From IMG/VR virus record IMGVR_UViG_3300012988_000001, positions 62,001-126,000 of that record: a stretch of 64,000 bases of DNA. One strand, given 5' to 3'. Shown here in pieces: positions 46,900 to 57,153 of the stretch; the first letter of the stretch is position 1, and each line of letters begins with the position of its first letter. A model generated the notes under the pieces. That model saw only the letters and a program-made list of their open reading frames with translations. It did no database searches and had not been told where the DNA came from. The translations under genes were made by a program, and so were the position numbers.

Positions 46900-47281
46900 T
46901 TTAACAGATGAGAGTGATTACTTTTATAAGCTATTGAATCTTTATACTGAATTCCTTTACTCAAATAATAATAATTCATTTGTAACATCATCAATGGTTT
47001 TGCAGTGTAATGAAGTACTTAATTTTTGTACTAAGATCGCAGAGAGTGGAGTGAATGTTTATATTATAGGATTCCCACGCCAAGTACAAGTACTTCGCCG
47101 CCCTGATACTCTTTTCTTCTTGGAACGATGGTCGGATTTTTTGGATATTAGTGATTTAGAACATGCCTTAGCTATTACAGTAGTTAATAGAAACGAATAT
47201 GATCATCATAAGATAAATGATACTTTCACTCATATACAAAAAAATTTTGAATCATTTTGTTCTATACTCATTCATAACTAA
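46883..47281 (+). CDS. hypothetical protein
   Basis: 132-aa ORF. Confidence 0.65.
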   Translation: MEKVYDLTDESDYFYKLLNLYTEFLYSNNNNSFVTSSMVLQCNEVLNFCTKIAESGVNVYIIGFPRQVQVLRRPDTLFFLERWSDFLDISDLEHALAITVVNRNEYDHHKINDTFTHIQKNFESFCSILIHN

Positions 47282-47314
47282 ATACCACTAGAATAACTCT
47301 ATGAGGATTTAATT

Positions 47315-47755
47315 ATGGACGAATATGAAGATATGCGTAGCATGATGGACTATGTAGATAGTACTGAACAAACTGATGATTCTGATATTGCGTTACTAAC
47401 GTTTGTAGACAACAGTTTATTTTTACCATCACTAGGGCATCATTGGCACTTACAATGTCGCTACTATTCAAAGCACATGGAACTTGACGAGTTCTATAAA
47501 GAATTACCAGAATTTGTTGATACTTTCGTTGAAGGTTTAATGAATTCCAGAGGCCCACTACCAATTGGTATGGACACAGACTATTGCTTCCTTCCATTGG
47601 ATAAAGCAGTAGAAACACTTGAGTCATATGTGGCTCAAGCCAAATATATCCACCAGCTATTAGAATCACAAGAAGATTATGGTTCAGTTAATAGCTTAGA
47701 AGATATCATATCGTTTGTAGAAGGGACACTCTATAAACTTAAGTACTTACAATAA
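47315..47755 (+). CDS. Dps/ferritin-like four-helix protein
   Basis: HHWHL...SKHMELDEFY..L.E..D...E ferroxidase-like pattern; TLYKLKYL C-terminus; TAAATA at 47279-47284 upstream. Confidence 0.7.
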   Translation: MDEYEDMRSMMDYVDSTEQTDDSDIALLTFVDNSLFLPSLGHHWHLQCRYYSKHMELDEFYKELPEFVDTFVEGLMNSRGPLPIGMDTDYCFLPLDKAVETLESYVAQAKYIHQLLESQEDYGSVNSLEDIISFVEGTLYKLKYLQ

Positions 47756-47758
47756 TAC

Positions 47759-47786
47759 AGGGACGCTTTTTGCGTCCTTTTCTTTT
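47759..47786 (+). terminator. intrinsic terminator
   Basis: GGACGC-TTTTT-GCGTCC-TTTTCTTTT. Confidence 0.75.
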
Positions 47787-47796
47787 GGGGGTTAAA

Positions 47797-47991
47797 ATGA
47801 CGTTTGAAGATTTATATTCAGTAGTAGAAGAAGTTGAGTTAGAACAGAAGTACATTTTCATTGTTTATAACTATAAGCAAATTGGTATCGATGTACTTGA
47901 TTATGAAACCGAAGAAACTATTGATGGTCAGATGTTTGATACAATCGAAGAGGCCATTGAATTTGTTAAAGAACATGAGGGTAGTTTATGA
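47797..47991 (+). CDS. hypothetical acidic protein
   Basis: 64-aa ORF. Confidence 0.65.
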   Translation: MTFEDLYSVVEEVELEQKYIFIVYNYKQIGIDVLDYETEETIDGQMFDTIEEAIEFVKEHEGSL

Positions 47992-48335
47992 GTGAACAAA
48001 GAGTAACATACGGTTTAGCAGCAATTATTGAAGAAGGTTGTCATTACGATAGTGATGCACGTGAAGATATGTATGATGATCTAGAAGAAGATCACATGCG
48101 TCTAAATTACGATGGTGATCTAGTGTATCTAGAAGCATTTGATGGTGATCCGTGGGATGCAGAAGTTATCTGGGGAATCGGGGAATTTGGCTCTAAAGAC
48201 AAGTTCGTTGCATTGTGCCAGAAGCATGGCGTTCAGATTGAAGAAGACACCATTGACGTGTTCTACGCGAACTGGTATGATGGTTGTGATCCACCAATGT
48301 CAGTATTGACAGCAAAAGAATGGAGAGATCGTTAA
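47988..48335 (+). CDS. hypothetical acidic protein
   Basis: 115 aa, RBS GAGGG. Confidence 0.7.
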   Translation: MSEQRVTYGLAAIIEEGCHYDSDAREDMYDDLEEDHMRLNYDGDLVYLEAFDGDPWDAEVIWGIGEFGSKDKFVALCQKHGVQIEEDTIDVFYANWYDGCDPPMSVLTAKEWRDR

Positions 48336-48871
48336 TGAAAGCAAAAGATTTAGCAGCTTTGCTGCTACAAACCCCGGACGCAGAAGTGTATATTGAAGAC
48401 TACCATTGTCCTGATTTTGACGATGGTTACCATTACACAAATGGAACTACTGGTATTACTCGTACCCCGGACGGTGTTTTTATCGATATTTGTAGTATTG
48501 ATAAGTATCCTAAAGCACCATCAGATAAACCACGCATCGGAACTATCGCTATTATGATGAAAGATGGAAAGTGGTTTAAACTTCGTATGGATGAACACGA
48601 TATTTCAGTACTTGCACAATATGCGGATAGTGGTTATATCTGTAACTACATCAGTTGGCATGATGATTATTATGTCCTTTGTCCAACTGATTTTGAAGAT
48701 GGATGGGTACAAGAAACTATCGCCAAAACTGGCAGTACTCACTATACCCCGGATGAAGTTGATTACGTTAAAATCCTAGTTGGTTTAAACGATGCTGATT
48801 GGAGTCCAATTTATATTCAACTATCATTTGATGAAGCTATCAAATATGCATTGGAGAAACAAAATGGCTAA
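48335..48871 (+). CDS. hypothetical protein, paralog of 46309-46899
   Basis: MKAKDLAALLL..PDAEVY; DYVKILV. Confidence 0.75.
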   Translation: MKAKDLAALLLQTPDAEVYIEDYHCPDFDDGYHYTNGTTGITRTPDGVFIDICSIDKYPKAPSDKPRIGTIAIMMKDGKWFKLRMDEHDISVLAQYADSGYICNYISWHDDYYVLCPTDFEDGWVQETIAKTGSTHYTPDEVDYVKILVGLNDADWSPIYIQLSFDEAIKYALEKQNG

Positions 48872-49226
48872 GTGTCCAGCAGCAAAAATCGTAGTAGGAT
48901 TAGTGGTATCGGATTGGGTCAATATTGACCTATCCAAATACCTTGAGGATTGGGAAGATAGCGATTGTGGTTGGAGTCCAGAAGAACCAGTATGGCAAAT
49001 GTACGAACTCCACGAAGTGAAGTTAGGTCTTGCAATTCTAAACCCACCGGAGTATGATGGATTTGAAGATGACGTAGTTATTGGTGTGGAAGTACTAGAG
49101 GTTTATAGTCAACCTGCTGAACTAGATATCCCAGAACTACTTGTAAAAATTGATGAAGCCAAAGCTAAGTTTAAAGAGTTCTTTGGTTTTGATGGAAAAG
49201 TTTATTGGGCGGGAGATTATTACTAA
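48864..49226 (+). CDS. hypothetical acidic protein
   Basis: RBS GGAG. Confidence 0.7.
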   Translation: MAKCPAAKIVVGLVVSDWVNIDLSKYLEDWEDSDCGWSPEEPVWQMYELHEVKLGLAILNPPEYDGFEDDVVIGVEVLEVYSQPAELDIPELLVKIDEAKAKFKEFFGFDGKVYWAGDYY

Positions 49227-49504
49227 TGCCAAAAGTTATTATCGCAGCAATCCTAGAAAATTTCAGTACTGCATCAGATTTCGTTATTGATGATACTACC
49301 GTAGTAGAAAGTATTGATGAAATGAATACCTATATTCGTGACAATCGTGATGAATCAATGGGCGTAGTATTTGAATTCTTTTTCACCACTGATCCAGAAA
49401 TTAATTATGGTAGTGGCATTGAAGCACAAATGGATGCAATGGTGGATGCAACACCGATATCTTATCAAACTGCTCTATTGACTTTATGCAGTACTGGTGT
49501 ATAA
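49226..49504 (+). CDS. hypothetical acidic protein
   Basis: Coupled start. Confidence 0.65.
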   Translation: MPKVIIAAILENFSTASDFVIDDTTVVESIDEMNTYIRDNRDESMGVVFEFFFTTDPEINYGSGIEAQMDAMVDATPISYQTALLTLCSTGV

Positions 49505-49506
49505 AA

Positions 49507-49986
49507 ATGTATACAGTAATCTTTTTACGGGAACGCTCACAGGAACAGTATAATGGTGCTATCCATGTTGAGTGTTTCGAAACTGAGAAAGAAGTTCGCA
49601 ATTTCATTCGATTCAAAACCTTCTCACAAGAACGTTCTGATAGTGATGCGAACCGATATTTTGGGGACCGTCACTACTACGGCGACTACGGCTTTTTAGT
49701 ACTAAAGGACGGAGAGACTGTTTACAATTCCAACTTTGATTGTTCGATGGATGAAGTAGAGGTTCCAGTATGGTCAGATAACAGAATTGATTGTTATGAA
49801 GACCGTGCAGCGGGTGTAAATCAGAATGCTCGGTTGAATGGAATATTCCATGCATTAGAGAAAGTAGAAAAAGAATACAATGAATCTCTTCAGTCATATC
49901 GCGAAGAGGTTAAAAAACAAGCAGAAATTGCTAAAGAAAAAGCCTTACTTAAGACTCTTCTTGAAAAGTATCCTGATATGAAATAA
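49507..49986 (+). CDS. hypothetical protein
   Basis: C-terminal coiled coil. Confidence 0.7.
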   Translation: MYTVIFLRERSQEQYNGAIHVECFETEKEVRNFIRFKTFSQERSDSDANRYFGDRHYYGDYGFLVLKDGETVYNSNFDCSMDEVEVPVWSDNRIDCYEDRAAGVNQNARLNGIFHALEKVEKEYNESLQSYREEVKKQAEIAKEKALLKTLLEKYPDMK

Positions 49987-50002
49987 TGAGGTAAATACAC
50001 AT

Positions 50003-50374
50003 ATGGCTAGGGGTTATTGGAGTAAACGGGGTCACACTCTTAATGGGTTGAATCCGAATACACGAATTACTAAAACCGATAAAGATGGAAATCTTATTGA
50101 CCTACCGAGTATGTCTCTTACGCAGTATTGGGAGATAAGAAAATTACCTTTTGGTTCTGTACGGAGACAAGCGATTGTCCAGTTGTTACAGACTGGATAT
50201 TTAATTCCTGTAAATGGTATTGGGTGCATTCAATTGAATGCTGACAAAGACTTACAGAAATTGCTTAAAGAAAATAAAATTGAAATCTACAATGAGAGAA
50301 GTAGTAGTCATTTCAAAAGAACTATAGTAAGGTATAAGCATGGAAGCGAAAGACGTAAGCGGAAAAGAAATTAA
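50003..50374 (+). CDS. hypothetical basic protein
   Basis: RBS GAGGT. Confidence 0.7.
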   Translation: MARGYWSKRGHTLNGLNPNTRITKTDKDGNLIDLPSMSLTQYWEIRKLPFGSVRRQAIVQLLQTGYLIPVNGIGCIQLNADKDLQKLLKENKIEIYNERSSSHFKRTIVRYKHGSERRKRKRN

Positions 50375-50540
50375 AATTGATGATATCGTGGCATTTGGTC
50401 ATGACAACGGTAGCACACTAATGAGGGGTAAAATCTACAAAGTTACCCAGAAAAAAGTGTGGATGCACCCTATTATTAAGGGCGTTGTCGGAGACACTAC
50501 TTATTGCCGCGATCATGATCGCGTCAGTAAGGTCGATTAA
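50340..50540 (+). CDS. small hypothetical protein (SH3-like beta pattern)
   Basis: D.SGKEIKIDDIVAF...GKIYKVT.KKV. Confidence 0.6.
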   Translation: MEAKDVSGKEIKIDDIVAFGHDNGSTLMRGKIYKVTQKKVWMHPIIKGVVGDTTYCRDHDRVSKVD

Positions 50541-50725
50541 TGTCTGAAGATGAAATAAAAGAACTAATCAAGAAAGAAATTCTTGAGAACATGTGTGTTT
50601 CTGTTAGTATAACAGCAGAACCATACTCAAATAACGAGTACTTCAACGTAAACGTAGATATCGAATACGATGGAGAAAAACTCAATAGTTACGGTGATAG
50701 TATTCGTATCCCGGACAACAACTAA
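50540..50725 (+). CDS. hypothetical protein
   Basis: 61 aa, coupled. Confidence 0.6.
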   Translation: MSEDEIKELIKKEILENMCVSVSITAEPYSNNEYFNVNVDIEYDGEKLNSYGDSIRIPDNN

Positions 50726-50737
50726 TAGGAGTCAATT

Positions 50738-50962
50738 ATGACTGATATTATTACAAAAATTGCACGTGATGTTGCAAACACTGTTTGGACAGGTGTACAA
50801 GACGTGTTTAGTAGTGCTGGTGGTGCGTTAGTTGCCATCGTCGTTGCTATCATTCTTAGTATCTTCCCAGTGTGGATTCTTTGTGTCGCTGCTGTAGCAC
50901 TTTTTGTTGGAATTCTTTACACCCAATACAAAGAAACGCTTGACACCGAATCCGAAGAATGA
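50738..50962 (+). CDS. small membrane protein
   Basis: Long hydrophobic core, RBS AGGAG. Confidence 0.7.
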   Translation: MTDIITKIARDVANTVWTGVQDVFSSAGGALVAIVVAIILSIFPVWILCVAAVALFVGILYTQYKETLDTESEE

Positions 50963-50968
50963 GATAAT
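50940..50968 (+). promoter_or_regulatory. sigma70 promoter abutting a terminator
   Basis: TTGACA-17-GATAAT with TG extension. Confidence 0.65.
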
Positions 50969-50998
50969 AAGCCCCTACGTAACACTAGGGGCTTTTTT
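50969..50998 (+). terminator. intrinsic terminator
   Basis: AAGCCCCTA...TAGGGGCTTTTTT. Confidence 0.88.
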
Positions 50999-51012
50999 AT
51001 TGGAGAAAAATC

Positions 51013-51453
51013 ATGCTTACTATTATGAACATTATTTCGTTAGCAATATTCTTGGTTCCGGCAGCATATTACGATTGGTTGGGTGAAACTATCCAATATA
51101 AGCTAGTAAACTTTGGTGAAGTGAATGATCAGTATGATCGTGAACTACTACTTGCAATTGCATTAGTACAGGCAGGTAAAGGTCAAGCTGAATTTAGTAC
51201 TGAAGGATTTATTCGTATTAGTACCGAAGATTCTAGTTTTACCATCTATGCACAAGATTACCGTAATGAAATGTTTGGTGTATGTTATCGTTATCAGAAA
51301 AATAACTACAGTCAACGTCGTGAAGGTATTCTATCGTTGAATACTCGTAAGTACTTACGTGAGTTCAAGGAACAACATTTGGGTATTCGTGATCCAAGTA
51401 GTATCCAAAAATCATTATTCAATTTCAAGAAAGAAAAGGTAACAATTCAATGA
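51013..51453 (+). CDS. hypothetical protein with N-terminal membrane anchor
   Basis: RBS GGAG. Confidence 0.7.
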   Translation: MLTIMNIISLAIFLVPAAYYDWLGETIQYKLVNFGEVNDQYDRELLLAIALVQAGKGQAEFSTEGFIRISTEDSSFTIYAQDYRNEMFGVCYRYQKNNYSQRREGILSLNTRKYLREFKEQHLGIRDPSSIQKSLFNFKKEKVTIQ

Positions 51454-51788
51454 GTTTTGTACAAGTAAACGAAGTAGAAACATTTTACGCTAACATTCAC
51501 GTGGCTGGCGATTACGATGTAGCACGTGCTGCGTGTCGTGAAATTGCGTATGGATTTGGCTTCTGCTTCCAGTTACATAAAGTAGATTACATCTACACTG
51601 GTGGTGAGGAAACTGGTCTATTGATTCGTGTAATTAACTATCCACGTTTCCCTCGCAGTCCAGAAGAGATCACGCGGCCAACAGTAGAGTTTGCTAAAAT
51701 TATCGCTGATAAATTATGCCAAAAGAGCTTTACAGTCGAAACGAAGACTGATACAATGTACTTCGAAAGCGACAAGCATACCAAATAA
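51450..51788 (+). CDS. conserved phage hypothetical protein
   Basis: YIYTGGEETG...INYPRFP. Confidence 0.7.
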   Translation: MSFVQVNEVETFYANIHVAGDYDVARAACREIAYGFGFCFQLHKVDYIYTGGEETGLLIRVINYPRFPRSPEEITRPTVEFAKIIADKLCQKSFTVETKTDTMYFESDKHTK

Positions 51789-51796
51789 GGGGTAAT

Positions 51797-52399
51797 ATGT
51801 TAATCACGATTGCATCATATGTTGCGACCGCAGTTCTACCATTCGCAACATACATTGGATATAAACACTATATCAATCGCAATATACCAAAAGTACTTGC
51901 GAAGCCACCAGAACCTTCTGAGGCTGAAGTGGTAGAACTACCAACATCTGGTTTATCGGTGATTGAATACAATATCCCGGAAGAGACAGAAGAAGAGTAC
52001 TTGAAACGCCTGAAGTTCATTCATAGTGAAGCATGGCAGGAGTACCAAAATTACTATAAATCTCGTAAACTACTTGAAGCCCCAGATCGTTTCGTAAACT
52101 TGCTTCTTTTGAAGCTACGCAATGGTGAAGTATCTATGGAGTGTCGCCAGCATACAATGAATTTCTCTGATGGTACTGAAATTTGGATTGCAAACAAGTA
52201 CTACGGTTATGGAAACGTATATGAATGTAAACGTCCCGGCATCAAATTTGATTCCAGTGATGGTCGCCTATCTCCATATACTTTCATGACGATTGTGGAC
52301 TTGAATATGGAACGCACTAACTTCGCAGAGTGGAAACAACACCATGACGATTACTCTCGCCGCCGGGTAAAGGGCATTAAAGCCCTATTGAGAAAGTAA
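51797..52399 (+). CDS. hypothetical protein with N-terminal membrane anchor
   Basis: 200 aa. Confidence 0.7.
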   Translation: MLITIASYVATAVLPFATYIGYKHYINRNIPKVLAKPPEPSEAEVVELPTSGLSVIEYNIPEETEEEYLKRLKFIHSEAWQEYQNYYKSRKLLEAPDRFVNLLLLKLRNGEVSMECRQHTMNFSDGTEIWIANKYYGYGNVYECKRPGIKFDSSDGRLSPYTFMTIVDLNMERTNFAEWKQHHDDYSRRRVKGIKALLRK

Positions 52400-52926
52400 T
52401 GGATAAGTCATTATATTATAAAATAATTGAAGTACTGTACCAGTTCATGGATCTTGAAGTTCAAAACAACTTAATTTGGGGACATCCAAAAGAGTACAGT
52501 ACTCAATTATTCAAAGAATGTGGTTATGAGATTACGGATTGGTCGTGGTACGATGGGCCAATTGTAACTCTAAAATGTACTGAACATCCCCAACTAAGTG
52601 TTAATTACGCAGCATGTGCAAATTCCTATTGCATTGTGAGTGAAGAACCGGTAGAATATATAAATGTTCAGGTTGAGGAAGTTCCTAAACTTGCTTCGGA
52701 ACAAAAACGTTCTGAGTATGATTTCAGGAATATTCAAGTCAAGCAACAATTGGCTGAATCTAAAAATGGTGAATATGACAAACTTGTTGATTTTGTCGGA
52801 TCATATGAATTTGATTGTTTTGTACTAAAATTGCATGAATGGAAAAATTCATTTGACAAGTCAAAAGATTACGATTATGCTATTACTATCTACTTAGGAA
52901 AGGAGGTTGATCTTGGACAAGTTTAA
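52399..52926 (+). CDS. hypothetical protein
   Basis: 175 aa, coupled. Confidence 0.7.
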   Translation: MDKSLYYKIIEVLYQFMDLEVQNNLIWGHPKEYSTQLFKECGYEITDWSWYDGPIVTLKCTEHPQLSVNYAACANSYCIVSEEPVEYINVQVEEVPKLASEQKRSEYDFRNIQVKQQLAESKNGEYDKLVDFVGSYEFDCFVLKLHEWKNSFDKSKDYDYAITIYLGKEVDLGQV

Positions 52927-53074
52927 AGATGTACCGAAGTACATGTTTGCAGCAATTCTTGCTGGTGTTGGTGCTTACGGTTTTATTAACAGTCTTGAGA
53001 ACTGGCAGATATGGTTAATTATTTCAGTACTATACCTTGGAATATCTAAGGGTTGGGAAACGGTGATGAATTAA
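52913..53074 (+). CDS. 53-aa membrane peptide (below the ORF-track cutoff)
   Basis: TTG start behind AGGAGG; MDKFKDVPKYMFAAILAGVGAYG...WLIISVLYLGISKGWETVMN. Confidence 0.65.
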   Translation: MDKFKDVPKYMFAAILAGVGAYGFINSLENWQIWLIISVLYLGISKGWETVMN

Positions 53075-53463
53075 TGGCAACTTCTAAACGTTCACGTAAA
53101 CGTAAAGTAGCTACTTACTTTACAAAATTTGTCGGTGCTGGAACATTTGGTCGTCAATGGTTTTACTTACGCTTAATTCACAAAAATGACTTAAATGGTT
53201 TATTTGAGCGTGAGTTGAGGACGAAACGTATGCGTAACAAATGTATTGAATACCTTGACTTTGAGGCAATTTCACCAATGTTACACCGCTGGTCTGTACC
53301 AGTTGTACATACGAATCCATGTAAGAAAAGTCGTATCAAAAAGCATTGTGATTCTTACCGGATGATGAAAGCTGAAGAAATACCATCACCAGATGGAAAA
53401 TATTCTTATACTGAAGATGAATTGATGAATCTATACCTTTCTAACGGTGGCGAGGATGAATAG
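53074..53463 (+). CDS. hypothetical basic protein
   Basis: Coupled TAATG start MATSKRSRKRK. Confidence 0.7.
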   Translation: MATSKRSRKRKVATYFTKFVGAGTFGRQWFYLRLIHKNDLNGLFERELRTKRMRNKCIEYLDFEAISPMLHRWSVPVVHTNPCKKSRIKKHCDSYRMMKAEEIPSPDGKYSYTEDELMNLYLSNGGEDE

Positions 53464-53710
53464 AGTACATCAAACTAGATTGAAGTGCTTTTTGAATCCT
53501 AAACTCAGGGCAATTCAATTCTGGACTGATGAACCATATGTAGTCGCTTCACGATTTGATAACGGTGTGTTCATAACTTACGTAATAACTCGTGTGAAGT
53601 ATGATAAGAAAACCATTTACAATAACGATTTAGTACTAACTAAAATTGAAGTACATAAACCGTTCTATAAAACTATTAAACACATTTGGAGAAAATTATG
53701 GCAGAACTAG
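53456..53710 (+). CDS. hypothetical protein
   Basis: 84 aa. Confidence 0.6.
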   Translation: MNRVHQTRLKCFLNPKLRAIQFWTDEPYVVASRFDNGVFITYVITRVKYDKKTIYNNDLVLTKIEVHKPFYKTIKHIWRKLWQN

Positions 53711-54954
53711 TAACTGAAGGTCGTAAACTTGTAACTATCCGTAAAATCAATGCGATTGATGCGATTGAGGGTGCTGACCTGATCGTAAAAGCAACCGTAG
53801 ATGGTTGGGAAGTAATCGTGAAAAAAGGTGAATTCGAAGTTGGTGATTTCTGTGTATTCTTCGAAATCGATTCCTTCCTACCAGTACAGACACAACAATT
53901 CGCATTCCTAGCTGGCAGCGGTACTAAACTCGATGAGAAAGAAGTAGAGCGTTTCCGTCTACGTACCAAGAAACTACGCGGTGTTGTCTCTCAGGGTCTA
54001 GCACTACCTGTATCTATGTTCGAAGCAGAACTAGAAGCAATTGATGAAGCTGCGGGTAATCACCCTGATTCTTATAGCCTAGCTATTCGTGATCAGCTAC
54101 TAGCACAGCTAGAAGATTCTCGTGAGGGTATTGAACAATTCCTACACGTAACTAAGTACGAACGTCCTGATGAGCGTAATGGCGGTACTGGTCTAGGTAA
54201 ATGTAAAGCGGCTGGTAACTTCCCTATCGTTATTCCTAAGACTGACGAAGACCGTATCCAGAACGTAATGGGTAAGTACATCCAGACTATGAAGGGTGTT
54301 GGTTTCCGTAAGTCTCTAAAACTAGATGGCTCTAGCCAAACTATTGCTTTCATGAGCAACCCAGATTACTACGTTGAGAAGGTTGATGATGAAGTACGTG
54401 CATGGAACGAAGAAACTCAAGAACTAGAAATCGTTGAAGTTAAACCGTATCCATTCCAGTGGGAAGATGGTCAGATTTCTATCTGCTCTCGTAACCTAGC
54501 ACTAAAATTCGATCCCGAATCTCACTTCTGGAAAGCAGCACTAAAAGATGATATCCCAGCACGTCTAAAAGAGTACTGTGTAGCTCATGATCGCCAGCTA
54601 GCTATCCAAGGTGAAGTAATGGGTCCGGGCATTCAGGGTAACCGTGAAGAACTAGAAGATTACCAGTTCTACGCATTCCGTATCTGGGACATTGACAACC
54701 GTTGCTTCCTTGATGACGGCGATTTCTTAACTCTTTGTGCACTACTAGGAGTAACTACAGTACCACAAGGTGATATTGTATACTTCTTCGATGAATATAC
54801 TTCTATCAAAGAAGCGGTAGAATCTGCTGACCATGCATCTATCAAACACAAGATCGCAGAAGGTGATGTATACAAGAGTGTTACTAAAGTGAATGGCGTA
54901 ACTGTGCACTTTAAAGTGATTAACAATAAATTCTTGCTAAAATGTGAGGACTAA
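53698..54954 (+). CDS. RNA ligase, DRB0094/Rnl5 family
   Basis: N-terminal OB module RKLVTIRKI..I..I.GAD...VDGW..IVKKGEF...VFFEIDS; motif I KLDGSS, QGEVMGPGIQGN, FYAFRIWD, EGDVYK, FKVINNKFLLK. Confidence 0.92.
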   Translation: MAELVTEGRKLVTIRKINAIDAIEGADLIVKATVDGWEVIVKKGEFEVGDFCVFFEIDSFLPVQTQQFAFLAGSGTKLDEKEVERFRLRTKKLRGVVSQGLALPVSMFEAELEAIDEAAGNHPDSYSLAIRDQLLAQLEDSREGIEQFLHVTKYERPDERNGGTGLGKCKAAGNFPIVIPKTDEDRIQNVMGKYIQTMKGVGFRKSLKLDGSSQTIAFMSNPDYYVEKVDDEVRAWNEETQELEIVEVKPYPFQWEDGQISICSRNLALKFDPESHFWKAALKDDIPARLKEYCVAHDRQLAIQGEVMGPGIQGNREELEDYQFYAFRIWDIDNRCFLDDGDFLTLCALLGVTTVPQGDIVYFFDEYTSIKEAVESADHASIKHKIAEGDVYKSVTKVNGVTVHFKVINNKFLLKCED

Positions 54955-54955
54955 T

Positions 54956-55453
54956 ATGCAATACACGTTGAAATCTTACTTTTGTAAGTACAAGATTAAT
55001 GCTCAGGAATTTACTGATATTGAGCTTGAAGCTATTTTGAGTTTGTGTAATAGTTCTGGTATTGAAAATAGTTTTTATACGGCCCAATCATTCCGTAATG
55101 CAGAATTTCATTATTTGACAGCCGTCGATCATGGTGATAAAGTTGCAAAATGTTCACAACATAATACTAAACGTGTAAATGTATCACGTGAGCAAGTGAT
55201 TGATGATTTAAAACTTTATGAAAAAAGTTCGGTTTTTATCAAACAGTCAACGACGGAAACTGATTCTCTAGTAGTATCTGTTTATAGTAGTGGTCACCCA
55301 CACTATTTTACTTATGCTTTTGACTTCAACACAAAAGTAACATACTGTTTAGTAGGAAATCAGTTCTGGGTACGTGCATCACAGAATTTCACTGAAAAGG
55401 AAATATTTAATATGCTTACGATTCAACAAGATGTTGAAATCGTTGTAAACTAA
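54956..55453 (+). CDS. hypothetical protein
   Basis: 165 aa. Confidence 0.65.
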   Translation: MQYTLKSYFCKYKINAQEFTDIELEAILSLCNSSGIENSFYTAQSFRNAEFHYLTAVDHGDKVAKCSQHNTKRVNVSREQVIDDLKLYEKSSVFIKQSTTETDSLVVSVYSSGHPHYFTYAFDFNTKVTYCLVGNQFWVRASQNFTEKEIFNMLTIQQDVEIVVN

Positions 55454-55460
55454 AAAATAT

Positions 55461-55499
55461 GCAGTTTGTTTCAAAAACTTGGGACAAACTGCTTTTTTT
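55461..55499 (+). terminator. intrinsic terminator containing the -35 of the next promoter
   Basis: GCAGTTTGTTTCAA-AAAC-TTGGGACAAACTGC-TTTTTTT. Confidence 0.8.
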
Positions 55500-55509
55500 G
55501 TGCTATAAT
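55481..55509 (+). promoter_or_regulatory. GGGACA-class promoter (copy 5)
   Basis: GGGACA-17-TATAAT, TGTGC before the -10. Confidence 0.8.
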
Positions 55510-55571
55510 TAAGTTATTAAGAAATGAGTCAACACTCAAACCAAATTATCCATTTCTGAGAGGTAGAAAAT

Positions 55572-57106
55572 ATATGTCATTCAAACAAGCAGTTATCAAC
55601 GAAACCACCGCAGCAACCGACAACGTAGCTTTCACGGCTAACGGTGCAGTCTCAAACGCAAGCTCCCTCAACTTCCTAGTTGATCTATTTGCGATTCTAG
55701 GTGCAGTTCGTGGTAAAGATTTCTCTACCTTTGAGAATCTATTCGAACAAGCATATTCCATGAACCGTAAGCTAACGCTTCAAATGGTTCTATGGGTACG
55801 TGATGTTCGCGGTGGTGCAGGTGAGCGTGAAACCACACGTCAAATCCTTCGTCACCTAGAAGCAAACCATCAACAGGATCTAGTAGAACTAATCCCAGTA
55901 CTCGCAGAGTATGGTCGTTGGGATGATCTTCTAATTTTCACTAACGATAATGTGAAGAACTTTGCTTATGCAACTATTTCTGCTAATCTAAAAGCTGGTA
56001 ACGCACTATGTGCTAAATGGATGCCTCGCGTCTATAAGCTCAAAAAAGGTGCTGATGGTACAGTGAACAAAGAATCGGTTGCAAACCAGAACCGTATTGC
56101 GAACAATCAAATTGCTCGTGAGCTAATGCAAGTGATGGGTCTAAACGAACGTCAGTACCGCAAACTACTAGCTTCTCTAAGCACTACGGTTGAACAAAAC
56201 ATGTGTGCTAAAGATTGGTCTAGTATTGAGTACTCTCATGTTCCATCTGTAGCAATGAACCGCTACCGTGCTGCTTTCATGCGTAACGACGAAACTCGTT
56301 TCACTGAATTCGGTAACAAGGTAGAAGCTGGTGAAGTTAAGGTTAATGCTTCGGCACTATTCCCTTACGATGTAACCACTAAGTTCAAGTACGGTCAATC
56401 CGACAAGGTTTTTGTTGGTCAGTGGGATGCTCTACCAGACTACTTAAACGGTGCTTCAATCCTACCAATGTGTGATACCAGTGGTTCGATGGAATGTCCA
56501 GCAGGTGCATCAGGCTCCCTAACTTGTATGGATGTAGCGGTTTCTCTAAGCCTCTATATTTCTGACAAGCAGAAAGGTGCGTTCAAGGACGTGTTCTTGA
56601 ACTTCAGCGAGTCTCCCAACTTGTTCGTACTTAAGGGTAAGAACATCGAAGAGAAGTATCGCGACCTCTGCAAGTACAAGGGTGGTGCGTACTGGGGTGG
56701 TTCTACTGATATCGGTAAGGCTTTCCACCACATCCTAAAAACTGCTGTGAAGCAGAACGTGCAACAACAGGATATGCCTGAATATCTACTAATCTTTAGC
56801 GATATGGAGTTCGACTCTACATATGCTTGGGGTGGTGTAGAGAACAACGGTAACTGGGATGTAACTGCTTATGAGTATGCTAAACAGCTATACGCTCAGA
56901 ACGGTTATGAACTACCTAAAGTTATCTTCTGGAACCTAAATGGTCGTCCGGGTAACAACCCTGTCACGATCCACGATACTGGCACTGCTATGGTATCTGG
57001 TTTCAGTCCAGCAATCCTAACTGCAATCCTAGCTGGTGAGCAAGTAGATCCTGTATCTATCATGCTAGCAGCAATTGATAAGCCTCGCTATCAAGTGATT
57101 GCATAA
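55572..57106 (+). CDS. Ro60/TROVE-like HEAT-repeat plus vWA protein (DUF2828 type)
   Basis: RDVRGGAGER, YGRWDDLL, CAKWMPR, IEYSHVPSVAM, MIDAS CDTSGSM, IFSDMEFD, FWNL; ATG 55572 behind GAGGT. Confidence 0.82.
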
Positions 57107-57113
57107 GATTACC

Positions 57114-57141
57114 GCCCCACACTTAGTGGGGCTTCTCATTT
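57114..57141 (+). terminator. intrinsic terminator
   Basis: GCCCCAC-ACTTA-GTGGGGC-TTCTCATTT. Confidence 0.7.
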
Positions 57142-57153
57142 CAAGGACTAAAT

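Noticed and set aside
46960-46975. AAT microsatellite (also at 19166-19178)
   Set aside because: Short low-complexity runs expected in AT-rich DNA; the first simply encodes poly-Asn
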